Shown here piece by piece: positions 12,548 through 26,510 of a DNA stretch of 64,000 nucleotides. The DNA comes from Syncephalis fuscata S228 (taxonomy: Eukaryota; Fungi; Zoopagomycota), in NCBI GenBank assembly GCA_025786725.1, contig JAHLTZ010000038.1:123397-187396 (forward strand), in the 5' to 3' direction. The notes beneath the pieces were generated by a model. The model did no database searches, was not told the DNA's origin, and saw nothing but the letters and a program-made list of their open reading frames with translations. The translations under genes and the position numbers were made by a program. Positions within the stretch are counted from its first letter, which is position 1. Each line of letters opens with the position of its first letter.

Positions 12548-15219
12548 CTACCATTGGAATAGAATGCGATCACGTAAACAGCGTAGACCTGCATCTTTCC
12601 ATTCGTTTGGACTAAGCCACATCTCGGCGGCACAGTCTAGTCGACTAAGTACTGCTGCTCCTTTCCAGGCTACAGCGCGTGGATCCATTTCACGGGGATG
12701 ACTCGTTACGGTGACTAGGTCAATACCTCGGTCAAGTACGGCCGTCGACATTTGTAATCTAGCATCTAATCATTAGCGAACAGCTAGAATAGCCTACGCA
12801 CCACTTACCGATATTGAAGCGATTCGGCAAAACGAGGCACGAGAGCACCACCACCCACACATATAATGTTGCTATATAGTCGTTTAATACGATCAGCAGT
12901 GCCGGCCATACCAATACTTTGGGTAATGGCTTCATCCAGGGTTAGCCACTTTGGATCTGTGTCCTCTTCTTCAGGTAGCAGTTCGGTATCTTTTAACAGG
13001 GATGTTAATAGGCCATCCTTTTCCATACCGATGCTGCCATGTCCCGACAATTGATTCATGGCACCAGGTGTGCTTACATGGATCGGTGTAGCTGTACCCG
13101 ATACAGGTGCGCTAGACGGGAAGGCTTGAATGCCAGATGGCTCAGGTGTAGATACTTGATTACGTTGTGTTGCATCCAGGGGAGGTGCACCACCTGGGCG
13201 ACTTCTAGCACCCGGTGCTGCCGAGTGCTATACATCACATAGCACATAAGTATAAGTACTACGGGTAGATATATGCTTACTTGAATGGAAAAGTCATGAT
13301 ACCAAGCTACTGGCAAATAAAGTGAAGTAGGTGCATCCAATTCAGCTTGTTGTCGTCGATATTGAATAATCTTATCTACAAATAATAGCTTGTAATCATA
13401 TAAATACACAATTAGTTGCTAATTAATCAATACTCACCATGTTGACCATCATTGTTTCATCAAATAATTTATATGAGTATTTTTGGGTCGTTTGTCCAGG
13501 AACTCGTAAAAAGAATGATTGTAATTGTACAGTTAAATCAGTCTAATAAAAGTCAATTAATTAGTTAGTTAGTTAGCTACTACTATTTACTTGCCTCATT
13601 TAAAGTAGAAAATCGCTCTTTTAACTCTTCCATTAAAAGCCAATCATATGATCGTGTCAAATCAATCCCTTTATAGGGAAAGTTATGTTGTCGTAGTAAA
13701 TCACCAAAAAATACGGTTATATCATCACCACCGTATTCCAGTCTAAATCTATTTACATAGATATGTATATTACTATAATGCTCTATAGTTATGACAATAT
13801 GGCTTCTTACTTTGTACCTGGCATACAAAGACCCTCTTCAACACAGGTGACTGCGGTAGTATGAGAGCCTAGATCAACTACACAGGCTAATGAAGTGCCA
13901 GCACCGAATGTACAACAAACTGCGGCCTATAATACATAGTTCTATTATTGGATCTTTATATACAGCTACTATCCATACCTGAGACACGATAACTGCACGT
14001 ACACCCATGGTCTGTAATAGTATGTCTACCATAGCCAATACAGTTGGTCGATGGAACGCATCAGGTATAATCAATACAACGTGGTAGTTCTAATCATTAC
14101 TATGCATCAGTTACCATAATGATTATTACGATTATAGTTGCTACCAGACTCTATGGCTCACCTTTAATTCCGATGAGGGAATATTTAATTCTTCATAGAA
14201 ACTATCCTGCCATAAAACAGACAAATCACCAATGACCTCTTGTTCCGAATGGTAGTCGGTCATATTGAGCATACCGCGTCGTATGGGATATCTCACTATG
14301 TAGTTTGGCGTATTAAACGGCAACCGTACAGCCTAATATTTATATTGTTGGTAATATAGCTGTTAATACTATTGAGTTAATTCTTACCTTAAGTCCACTT
14401 AAATGATCTGGCTGTTGACTAACATCCGTCCATTCAACTCGATAGGGATCATTGTGATCGGCTATCTTTTCTGGTCTGGATACTTCATTGAATGAAAGTA
14501 CCTAATTTGAAAGTAACATTGGTGGTTAAATGGATAATCACTAATAAATATCAAACTATACATACTTGTTGGTGTGGGTTATTAAGTAGCTTTTTACGTG
14601 TTAACAAAGAATCAAGCTCAACCTCTGCCGCATCTAATGCCTCTTGAAATGATTCATTCTATAATAAAATGCAACTAAATTAGCAGAATATATATATAGA
14701 TAAATATTTTATATCTATTACCGTTGTTTGACCTAATTCTAATTGATGCTGTGGTCGAGATCGATATGCTTTATAGACGGCTGGTACTGTTTTACGCGCA
14801 ATAACATGTGGAATAATACGCGGAAAAGCATCCGATGCTAGTCCTATTCGCAAGTTTTTAGATCCAGGCTGCAATACTATAATGCGCTCTGCTTCTGGTT
14901 TTGTCTAATATAGAACGGGAGTGTAGACAAACGGGAGCACCGCTTTAGTATCAGATATGTCATATTCAGTCTATATCACTGTCGCTGCTGTACTAACCTC
15001 ATCGCGGGGCTCTCGTTGAAAGTACGATGCATCAGTACGTAGATAGTTAGACGCTACACCTTTAATATGGATTGAACTAATAAGTGGAATCGAGGTGAAT
15101 TTAAAACTTGGCTCATAGTCAGCCGTACTAGGAACAGGGTCGTTGCCCGTACCATCAGCGACAGAGATCGTGTCAACCGGTACTTTAACGTCCTCTTCAG
15201 CTGTATTCTCCACGTTCAT
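12548..15219 (-). CDS. ARP8: Actin-related protein 8 (INO80 complex), about 11 exons
   Basis: QPGSKNLRIGLASDAFP; VRYPIRRGMLN; IIPDAFHR; LEYGGDDIT; NIICVGGG; PREMDPRAVAWKGAAV. Confidence 0.93.
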
Positions 15220-17158
15220 GATAGTTGGCTAAACTGATTAGATAAAGACGTGGTATTGTAGTAATAGTAGTTTTGACAATAACGACTAATAAAAACAAAT
15301 ACACGTCAACGGAACAGTTAAAGCGTAAAAATGAACAAGTACAAAATAAATGACCACGATTCACTTCTACATAATAAACAACACTCAAAATGACCGCTCA
15401 TTTCACATGAATAAGAAAAACTGCACAGTTTATTAGCTATTCTCACAATGTTTAATTCTCTAATTCGTTTATTTTAAAAACGTTAATACGCGTATATTTT
15501 TAGATATTCATTCAAATCAATGATCTAATCACCATCTATGATTGTTACGCAATGGTCAGTCGATAATAAAATGTATTGCGTAGTTAAAAGTGTTCTCAAC
15601 TCGTTTATACTACGTTGTGTTATAGCATTGTAAATGGCCGCTTACGCCATATCCTCCGCATAGCAGATGCTACAGATTGCTGACGTGAACTAGCATGCCA
15701 TCCCTTTAATACGTTTGCTAAATCCCTTGTGCTAGCAACGTTGCTTACCCCTGGCCACTTCTATCCTCCTTTTCTTCTATGTTATATAGTCCATTCTATC
15801 AATCGGTCTCCTCATGGCACGTCTCCTTTACACGCTTTTGATCCCGTTGCTTAAGCACTATTCACGCGCGCATATAATACTTGTTTACATTGTGTTAAAG
15901 TTCAATCTTTTTAAATTAGCTTTTGTAGAAACATACGCATTATTCATTGCTTACTTTATTGCTAGGTTATTTTACAAAGTTAAACTAGCCCTTACATTAG
16001 GTATGTTGCTATCTATATATCTGTATTCAGTGCTAGCTGATCGTTGTACTTGGTTGCCAAATGACTACGTCGTCCATCTGTCCGTGCCCATGTTTCGCCT
16101 CATATCATTAATTACAGAGAAATGGTACACTACACTCCTTGCATAATCAAAATATGTATCCCTTTCTCTTTATCCATATTGCTATTTAATTCATGCATCG
16201 ACGCTTATTTGTTTACGATTATGCCGAAAGTGGCGCAGGGTGACTATCACACACCATACCAGGAGTTTAAGTGAAAGGGATACATAACTACATATTGAAC
16301 TATAATAACCAATCAATTTAATGATTAGTTTATTATTCAGTGCTGCAACTGCTGCTTCAACTGCTGCTGCGCTTATTGCATGCCTTAGAATGTAGTATTT
16401 ATGTCAAACTCCCTACCCCTATTTATTTATTTTTATTTACCAGTAAAATACTCCATTATGTATGGGCAAATAGAATAGATTCAATTCTACAGAGCTAGGA
16501 ATGAATTGTTTATGCCCAGTACTATGATGGTTATTGCTGCAATCTAACGATTCTTTGCATAATACATCCAGTTTATTTTTTTGCTCCTTTATTCGATTGT
16601 TTGGCCGTACCAAGTTTTTTAGCTAAGCTGTAGTAATTTGCCATTTTTGAATCTCATAACAGTCACAATTACAAAGTAATTCATTTAGAAATGTTAATAT
16701 TGGATTTAAATCATTTGATTTAAAACACTCTAAATACTTGTATTAACTATACACAATTTCCCACAGCATTTTATAAATACTAAACTTTATAAGATTGTGT
16801 GTTAATTCTTAATGCCAGTCTACCTGTAAACATCGACTTATCCCGCAGATTTTACGGGGGAGAAATTTTGGTCATAACCGTTAATATACTTTGACCCGCA
16901 TCATTCGAATCAAGCCCTTCTATACTCTGCGCTACTATTTTTATTGCACTATCTGTATTCTTATTGCTTGTCCATTTGTTGTACTTTATCGTTTATTAGA
17001 TAATTGTAGCACTTTTGATATCTTGATGTAATTAATCGAACATTGGTCTATTTGTAAATATTGCTAATATTTCTATAATCCCTTTTGGCGTATTTGATGT
17101 GCTTCATTATTAAACTTTGGCTAATAATTTTTAGCATTACCAGATTGCTTTACTGAAA

Positions 17159-17793
17159 ATGTTAAATTCATTTCATTAAACGGACTACTGGTCACCATAG
17201 CTATTGCTGCATTTGCTTCAAGTACTGCTCAAGTCGATGCCTACAGTTCGTCTAAAATGCTATGTCTGGTGAATAGAGAACGAGCTCAGCGCGGGCTTCG
17301 CTCTCTAGGACTTAATCAGTAAGTAGAGACGATAGCTCAGCCTTAAAGTATTTAATTACTTGCCTATTTGCTAGCAAACTTGATAATGCAGCGTATCGAC
17401 ATAGTAAAGATCAGGCTCGACGTAATCATATATCGCAGAAGGTTCAAACGGCTCATCTCCGTCTGAACGCGCATCTGATGTTGGATATGATTGGTCGCGT
17501 GTTGCAGAAAATGTAGCTTATGGATACGACAACGAAGGCCAATGCATGCGGCACTGGATGCGATCTTCAGGTAAGTGGTAGTAAACAACCGATATAACAT
17601 ACATACATGCACACATGCTATATTCAAATAACATTACTACTAAATAGGCCATCGTCGGAATATTCTTGGTGATTATGTGCATTTTGGATCGGCAGTCGCT
17701 TATAGCCGCAATGGAACCCCGTATTATACACAAGAATTTGGACATGATGGACAAAAACAGCGTAGTTATCCTCTCTGTCCGGACGATGACTAG
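17159..17793 (+). CDS. Secreted CAP/SCP domain protein of bacterial (YkwD-like) type, 3 exons, with two apparent 1-nt deletions (about 17161 and 17436)
   Basis: Signal peptide, then MLCLVNRERAQRGLRSL, AAYRHSKDQA, GSNGSSPSERA, VAENVAYG, WMRSSG|HRRNILG and YYTQEFG; two GT-AG introns. Confidence 0.8.
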
Positions 17794-18237
17794 AACCTAT
17801 GCCTTTCATTTTCTAAGCCGGCGACAATTATTATTGTTTATATTAGATAACTGCTTTAGCAAAATTACTAGCGCTCTATTAAGACTTGTTGTTGTTGAAA
17901 GAATATTTGTGCCTAGTGGATGGCTATTATTTTTATTTCGTTGCTTGTTGCATCCTATTTTTAAGTAACTTTATTATTTCTCTACCTTATTGTTTTAACA
18001 ATTTCCGTTAACATCAGCTGCCAAGTGATATGATAGGCTGTTTGAATAGATATTCAATTAAAAACAATTGCGGTATCATTAAGTAGTAATACCAATTGTG
18101 AAATCCAGTTTCAGTGATTATAAACAATTTTTTTCTTCTTTTAATTAAATTTATTGTTGTTTGTAGACTTGGTCTTACATCTGATTCATCGTTTTATTTA
18201 TTGATAGTAGTTAAGTTAGCAATAAGCCACTGCCACT

Positions 18238-19333
18238 ATGAGAGTAAAGCGACACAAGGCATATAAGCGCCTTATGACGCTTTACCAATTTACCTTTGGT
18301 TTTCGCGAACCATACCAGATCATTGGTAAGCGGCTCCATCACTAAATTCTACGATAAAAATAACCGTATTGTTTTTAGTGGACGCCGGGTTCTGTAGAAG
18401 TAGTGCTGCGAATCATATGAATCTCGACACGCAATTGGCGCGTGTTCTATTTGGACAAACAAAACAGAGTAAGAACATGAAGTGTTATTAGTATCAGTTT
18501 TTAAAGCTAACCTGACTGTCGTCAAAGTGGTGACAAACTGTGTTATGGCCGAGTTAAAAGCCAATACTGAAGATCGCACTGCATTAGCAATCTCACGACG
18601 TATGGAACGACGACGCTGTTCACATAAACAACCCGTTCCTGGTTCAGAATGTATTGCAGAAATTGTAGGCAAGTTGTATTGTTATTATTGGAATTTACTT
18701 ACCATTACTTACCATATAATCAACCATTGCACATTATGGATAAATGAAAATAGGTGACAAGAACACATTTAACTACTGTGTAGCCAGCCAGGATTTAGCA
18801 TTACGGGAAAAACTACGTATAATACCTGGCGTGCCATTATTATATGAAAGACGCAGTGTATTAATTGTTGAGCCTCCATCGGCAGCCACTCTAGCTGTAG
18901 CACAAAAGGTAGCAATTTATACAAACTATTATAAACAATACTAAACACTAGCATCTATCTACTTATCTATTTATAGAATGAACGTAAAAAACAAACAGCG
19001 ACTGGCGATGAACGCAAACACATTAAAAAAGCATTAGAAGCAGTAAAGCTGGAGAATAATAATGGCATGACGGCCGAAGAAGCGGTAAATGCCCGTCCTA
19101 ATAAGCGGAAACGGCCCAAGGCTCCTAATCCATTAGCGTGTAAAAAGAAAACCGTAAAAATACAGCCAGTTAAAAAGCAAGAAAACAATACTACAGATAC
19201 TACAGATACCGTTAAACAGCAGCATTCACAGATAGAAGATGAAGGTACTAAACAACGACGACATCGGAAACGAAAGCGCCAATCCTCCAAAGCAACACAA
19301 ATAGCTGACACCAATGTTGAAGCAAGTAACTAG
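18238..19333 (+). CDS. UTP23: rRNA-processing PIN-domain protein Utp23, 5 exons
   Basis: MRVKRHKAYKR...FGFREPYQ; VTNCVMAEL; RRRCSH; YCVASQD..LREKLRIIPGVPL; KRKRPKAPNPLACKKK. Confidence 0.95.
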
Positions 19334-19936
19334 TTAATTAAGCATAGTGGTGGTTTTACACTACTAATAAAAATATTATATTAAATTATATTAATTATAT
19401 TAAAAGTAAATTGTTAATGAATGAAATTTATTAAAAGCACAATCATCGATGTACGCACGAGAAGACAACATTAAACTCAATATTGAATCAGTAAGTTGTG
19501 CCGATAAAGGCGTCTTTCGTGGGTCTTCGCCCGGCGTCCGGGTAGCTAGAGAACTTTCCCGACCAGCCCAGGCACGGCTACTTTCTACTTGTCTTGCAGA
19601 AAAAAAGATCGGATCTTCTTGTGAGCACTAGTATAAAAAACACACGAAAAAGCCATAGGTCCAAAACTGTGTATGTAAGCGTGTGTACATAAAGGAAAGT
19701 ACACACGAAAAGAATATTGGGTATGATCGCTTAAAATGGATCAAATAATAATACTAATAAGAGTGGCAAGTAGACCAAATGAATAGCTTATAATACTATC
19801 CTCTACAATGTATAATTGATATAAGCATTGCCACTACGGAATATTGAATATGCTAGAGTGATTCACATACGCACAAACACTAGTCGTCGTTGTCGTCGTC
19901 GTCGTCGTCGTACGTCCTTATTTTCCGTTCTTTCTC

Positions 19937-21467
19937 TCATACCCGCGTAGTTCGTTGAGGCAGTTCGCTGACTCGACGAAGACCGCTAGGTGTTTCCATG
20001 CGCATGCTGCGCGATCTTACAGTGCGGGTCTTGGGCGTGCTAGGGATTTTGCTAGGGGAGAGAGAACGGGTATTCGACACGACTGGATGGTGGCTGGCGA
20101 CTGGGGAGGCTGGCAGACTACGACCAGCCGGTGTGCATCGACCGCCAGGCGTGGATCGACCGCCAGGTGTGGCCCGTCCGGTCGATATTGACGATGATAA
20201 CATTGGCTTTTTAATACCGGTTAATACGGGACTGCTATTCGCCGTGCTTGAGTAAGAAGGGGGTGGCGTAAGCAACGGCGTGACTAGTGAACGGCAATTC
20301 ACTAAACGGCTTTCCAAACTCTAATATGATTGATACAGTGGTGGTGGTTGTTAGTGTTGTTGTCATTTTGTTAGTATGCTGTATAGTTAAATATTAATTA
20401 ATGCAGTATTACCTTTACTCGGCCAAGCATTTCTTGAACCATCTTTACTGGATTAGCAGCGTTTTCTTCGGGCTTGACGCTTAGTGAGCGACGTTTCATA
20501 TGAACACTTGTGCGATTACTACGCAGTACAGAAACTTCAAGTTGAAGGTCTCGAAGTTCATCCTTAAGTCGTTGAACAACCACAACAAGTTTGTTCTTAA
20601 CCTCAAGCTCGTTTTCAAGAAAGACATTTCGTTCCATTGTTTGGTGTAGCTTAATTTCAATGTCACGAAGTGAAGTGGTAGCAACGCTGTTATACAAATT
20701 AGCCATAATATTAGTATTGTATAGTTAGAGTGCAGCTAATCAACCTACCGGCCATATCGCTCAAGATCGTCATTGTCCTGTTCAAGTGTGCGTGTACGGT
20801 CCTTATACTTTTGATGTGACGTTTTAAGAAATTGGATTTCACGTTGCATAGCTTCTACCGACGTATTAGAGTCGGATTTAGATTCCTGGAACTTGTCCTA
20901 TAGTATACATACACATAAATGGCTTTGTTAGCCTATTTACGACTTAATCTATCAATCATGTCATTTACCTTCCAGTGATCAACCTCCAGCTGAAGAAGGC
21001 TGACGGCGTTTTTCAGCTCTTTGCACTGTGCATCTAAGAGTTCTACATTACGTTCCAACTCTTCTTCATAATCACGACTATCTTGCTGGAACTCTTCCAG
21101 TGTCGTGCGTGTGTCAACCAATGCCGTTTTTAAACGCTCAGCGCGAGTTTTCCAAAACAGCATTTCATCCTCAACGGAAACAAATGGTCTATGTGACAAA
21201 TACATGCTATTGTTAGTTATTTCAAACAAAGTGATGGCCATCCTTATATCCAGGCATAGGTTGTTTGATAATGCCAGTTACACAGCGAGCGGTGTGTTAG
21301 GTAACAACAACACCAGTCATAATGACTACAATATATGCAGCCTATTGCAATTATTATGGCCAATGCTGTTGCCAACGTTGCCGGCGTTGCTGTGCCATAA
21401 TTACCACCACACCGGCTACTTACCCAACTTGCTCATCTTCCAAGAGGCTTTCGTCAAAATCCGCCAT
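19937..21467 (-). CDS. nudE: Nuclear distribution protein NudE (NDE1/NDEL1 family), 5 exons
   Basis: FWKTRAE...LEEFQQDSRDYEEELE; LEQDNDDLER; MERNVFLENELE; VQRLKDELRDLQLE; Ser/Pro-rich tail. Confidence 0.93.
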
Positions 21468-24400
21468 ATTGAACTATGAGACACTAAACAAGGATTTGAC
21501 TAAATAATGATATCAGCTGACTAGAACTATATAGGCATACACACGCTCCACGCTACAAATGATTGTTGCTATGGTGGTTAAGAAATATGATAATGATGAA
21601 GGATAAGAATGAAATGATTGACACGTTGAATCACACGCAAACTATATGAAATAAACGAAGAAAATAAGAGGAAAGATGGGAGATGTGTAGGCGAGTAGGT
21701 GGGCCTTGTTAGAAACGAACAAGGAAAAGTGTAGGTGGTGAATAGGTTGGGGATGCAAAAAGTGTGATATAGCTGCGTAGGATAAGGAAGAAATCTCAGA
21801 ATGAGATTGAGAAGAGAGGGAAAATTATGTGTGTGTTTGTGTGTATAATAGAAAACGAAAGGGGATGTGCAAATGGAAAGCACGGTTGGATTATCACAGC
21901 TTCTCTTAATAGGAAACGACAAATTACATTCATTAATCTGTATATAGACATATTGAATCAAATCACTCAATTATTGCTGTCTCTCTCTATATTCATCACT
22001 AATTCATCCATAGATTGATACAAAAGACAAACAAGTACCCACTCTCTCATCCATACATATTCATATCCACACACACACATATGCACGCATACAGAAGCGC
22101 TTGGGCCATATTCATTCATTGCTTTACAAGCCATAGATACCAAAGATGTCATATACAACACATTAATATACCCTTTAATTCAATAAACTAAATGATATGG
22201 CCAATCATCGTTGTTGTTTTGTTGTTATTGTTGTTGTTGTTATTGTCATCAGTATCATCTCTATTCATTGTTTCCGTTTAACATAGAATGAGGACATCTG
22301 CAGATGTGTGTATAGAGAGGAGGGAGAGACACTGGGCTAGAGGCCAATGGCACGTGCAAGCAAGTCAGCCATCTGGATGGAGTACCAGCATCAAACAAAA
22401 AAGGCATCCACTGTAGACGGAAGAGACCGCAAGGCGGCCGCGATATATGCATACACAAGGAGCCGATTATCAACAAATGGATACTGCAGCAATTTGTTTA
22501 AGAAACAGGAAATGAGGGGTCTAGTCGTTAAGCAGCTGCGCTGCCTGCACGTAGTAGTGCTACTGGCCGTAGCAGCAATAGCAATAACAATAATAAAAGC
22601 TGAGGACATATGTTTATGTTGTGTCCCTTACCGTAATATAAACGAATCAAACAATGGACAATTAAAACAAAATATCTACCATGCATATAGTGCTGTAAAT
22701 ATCATAGATACCTTGGTGATGGTATTGCTGCACCGCTGATAATAGCAGTGGCAACAGCAGTGGCAGTAATAATACGATGATGCAGCAGCTCTAGCAGCCT
22801 CTGCGAAGGCGTAAATAATGTAGATGAAAGATGGCGGAAGACGTGAAAAGGGAAAGATACGCATAAGCAAACAACCAGCAGCCAAACGTTGATAAAAACC
22901 GATATCAAGGCGTAGCGGCCGTGTGAATATCGATGGGCATATGTGCATACACGCGGCTACACAAGCGATAGTAGCATGCTGACTATCAAATTAGCTATCC
23001 GAATAGCATTGCCAGTGTGATAGCTACAGCTATCCTGCTGACGATACGCTTTCATTGTGTGGAGAAGAAAAGCAGACAGCAGGTGGAACCGCGTGGGCCC
23101 AGTCCTTCGTCAGACTTGAAAGCCGACCAAAAATAAATATGCATATCAAGCCCATCCGGAAAATTGCAAATCATCAGCTTGCACAAGCATGGATGACAGC
23201 TAGAGCGCGAAAATCAAGACATTGCAGCACACATAACCAATAAATGATGCATTTGGCTAAAAAACCGATGCTTTACTCTTACAATGCTACAATGGCAGCA
23301 GAATATGACTGCACGAATGGACATCATGCTGGCAATAGCATGCGACAACTACTTGTTGATGTACAGTCAAAGGTATAAAAGCAACATGTCCAACAGTTTG
23401 TCTACATACCTCTTTCTCGTTCTACAATAGCAATCTACGACTGTAAACAGCGCTGCCGTTTGTATTCTATAATAGAAATGAAAATGTAGAATCATACACA
23501 TACACACATACACACGTAAGCGCAGTAATCTACAACGTCACAGCCACAAGGAATGGATGTAATCGTGAGTGTGTATGTGTAATTGCCGAAGACAAGAAGC
23601 GATAATAAGGTATGCGTTGGGCAAAACGAGCTTTTTATAAAGAAATAGCAGTAAATGGTTGTATAATAGAGTAGCTGCGAAAGGAGGCGCAAGGGGAACG
23701 AATGACGAGATGTGAGGGCGATGATAGTGATAAGATTCTAACGTCACAGAAATTATAGTGTACGTTTAGACGGTCAATCTAACAAGTCACCTGGCGATGG
23801 AATAGCGCCAAGACATCCAAGCAGCATCAATCAATGTCAGAAAGCAGCATGCAGTCAATATAGCGCGAAGCAGCGCGTATCTTTTACTTACACCGACAAT
23901 GTAGACTATTAATTGCAATAGTAAAATACAAAGTGTGCTGGAACAAAAAACACAGCACCAGCAGCCAAAAAGAGTTATTGAATATGAATAATGATATAAC
24001 ACGCAGTACAAAGGAAAAGATAAAGATTAATAGAAAGGAGAAGGAACGGTCGACCAAGGCTAAGATGCGCGGCTTTTTGTTGGCTTTACAAGCGGTGTTG
24101 CTTAACCAAGAAGCATATACACCAGACGGTAGTTTTGTAACGATGACTAAGGAAAGAAAGGTCGAGGGGAAGAAGGAGGGGAAGAGGACAGGCAAGCAGA
24201 CGAGAGAGATAAAGGCAGAAAAGCATGAAGATGCTGTGTTGCAAAGGCAAATGAAAAAGTGGTCTTACATTGACTGAGACGTGCAAAAAAGACTATTCTT
24301 TCGCTGCTGCTATCGCCTTTATACATAGAGTCAAGTTCATGTGACCATGTTAAGACGAAATAAAAGCTTGTCTTATCCATTTATTGGTTGGTGGTTATTT

Positions 24401-25702
24401 TGCCATTTTATTTTTGGTACTGTAGTGGTTCGTTTAAACATGAATAAAATTAGAGTTTATCGATAAGTATTATTTTTTGGCGATAATCATTGCGGTGAGT
24501 GTGCTATACGCTGCAATGGTAGCTGCACTATTACAGGAGTTGACGTGGAATGCATACAAATCCGTGCAGTATCAATCGACTGCATACTTACCCATAAAAT
24601 ATTGAATCAGAATATGTAAGGGGGACTACAATTCTCGGTAGCAACATATGTCCACTTGAACTTGGTAGTTTGGACATGCTATTTGTAACTTGAAACCGCA
24701 CGCGTTGCATTTGTCGTCAGCTGAACAATGTCTTGCGTCAATCTCTATCGGAAAAAGTCCTGTGCTATTGTCAGATGACGACTAAGTGCATAGGTAGCAA
24801 TAGATAGAGATAGATAGATAGAGAAGAAGAGGATTGCTGTGTATATGTTTATTGCCGAATAGTAGTAATAATTACGTGCAACTTTATTTATAAATTGTTA
24901 CGCGCATGCCACAAAAATGCAGCAATGTTGATTGTTTTTTTATAGAATAACAGTGCCTTTGCAAGTAACAGATTCCACAGTCAGCTATTTACATTTAGCG
25001 TTGCTTTATCCACGTGGCCATAATTCTTGGCGCCTGGAAATGCGGAGGCAGCATGGCAAATGCCATTTGCAGCTTTTCGAGAGAGCCAAAGGCAGCCCCT
25101 AGCAAACCGAATCTCTGTTAGTTATAGTTACAAGTCTTATTACCTTGAAGCGTTTACAATTAAACCGACTAAAAAAGAACAGCACGTTGGTTTTGCAGCT
25201 AAATAGGCCTCGTGCTTTGTCAGTGATAAACAACACCGATACCAGCGGCAGCAGCAGCAGCAATAGTAGTAATAATAGTAATAGTAGTAGCAACGTGACT
25301 AGTGATACGCCGACCAAGTTTTGAGATGTTTCTAAATAGTGTAAAAACGTGCAGTGAGCATATGTACCATTATCGGTATTAATATCTAATAATCTCCTCT
25401 TCATTTTAAATAAAAGGCAATATTTTGACAATAGACATAATTTCAAACATCTATCCTCTTGCCTTACATCCTGTTACTCTATCCTACTGTATTACGCTAC
25501 ATCGCTTTGCTTGTGTTTTGTCTAGCCATCAGTTTTATTTTAAACAAACTGCCATTTAGAAACCGGTCTTTTCTATCCACCAACATTTTAAAAAATGGAT
25601 ATACAAATGATCGACTCGGTAGAACATTTAGGTAAAATTATAATATATTACCGTGTAAAATATTAACTGATTACCGATTTACAGAAGATAGCAGCTGTAT
25701 CC

Positions 25703-26510
25703 AACTTTGTGAATATATTAATACTTTGGAAATACCTGATATCGACAACATAATTACCGAACAAGAAAGTGCTAGTCAATTTTTTGTTCCAACTAATAAT
25801 GGCACTTAGCTGGTATTCTTTTGCCCGCCAATATGTACCGCTGCCAGTTTCATGAATACATATTTATATGGGCAATCAATCGCATCGTCTATATAAACTA
25901 AATAAGCATATGTCGCCATCCATAGAACTATTACTCAATCCGATGTTATGATATTCATATATAGATAGTTTACCTTTTTTGTTTAATCCGGTGTTGCGCA
26001 CCATATTTTATAGATACCGCAATAAATAGAATTAATTCGTTATTACCAAATATAGTAATACAAATTACTTGATTCTCACACTCAGGGACTATAATGGACG
26101 TTTTTGCCATTTGCACAAAAGTAGATATTTACCTGATTACTTGTTTAACAAAGAATAAGCCATTTTACCACCATTTCTTACGTATACTACATATGTCAAT
26201 AAGTGTACTTTACTTTCATTGTAGTGCTATAATTTACTACACTAACTCTGTGAATATACAACACTTTTAAAATACTTGATATCGACAGCATGGCTCCCGA
26301 GGAAGAAACTACTAGTCAATTTTTATTTTAACTAATAATGGTACTTAACTGTTACTATTTTGCTCATTACTACGTATTGTTACAGAATTTATGAATACGT
26401 GCTCATATGGTCAATCGATACATTGTCTATATTAATAGCAGGGACGCATGTCGCCATTCTTGAAACTATCACACAATCTGATGTCATGATACCATATATA
26501 AATAACTTAC
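25703..26510. repeat. Diverged tandem duplication (~270-bp units, 541-bp period), possibly decayed coding sequence
   Basis: 25703-25973 aligns with 26244-26510. Shared blocks: GTGAATATA, TGATATCGACA, CTAGTCAATTTT, AACTAATAATGG, ATGAATAC, ATGTCGCCAT. Confidence 0.75.
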
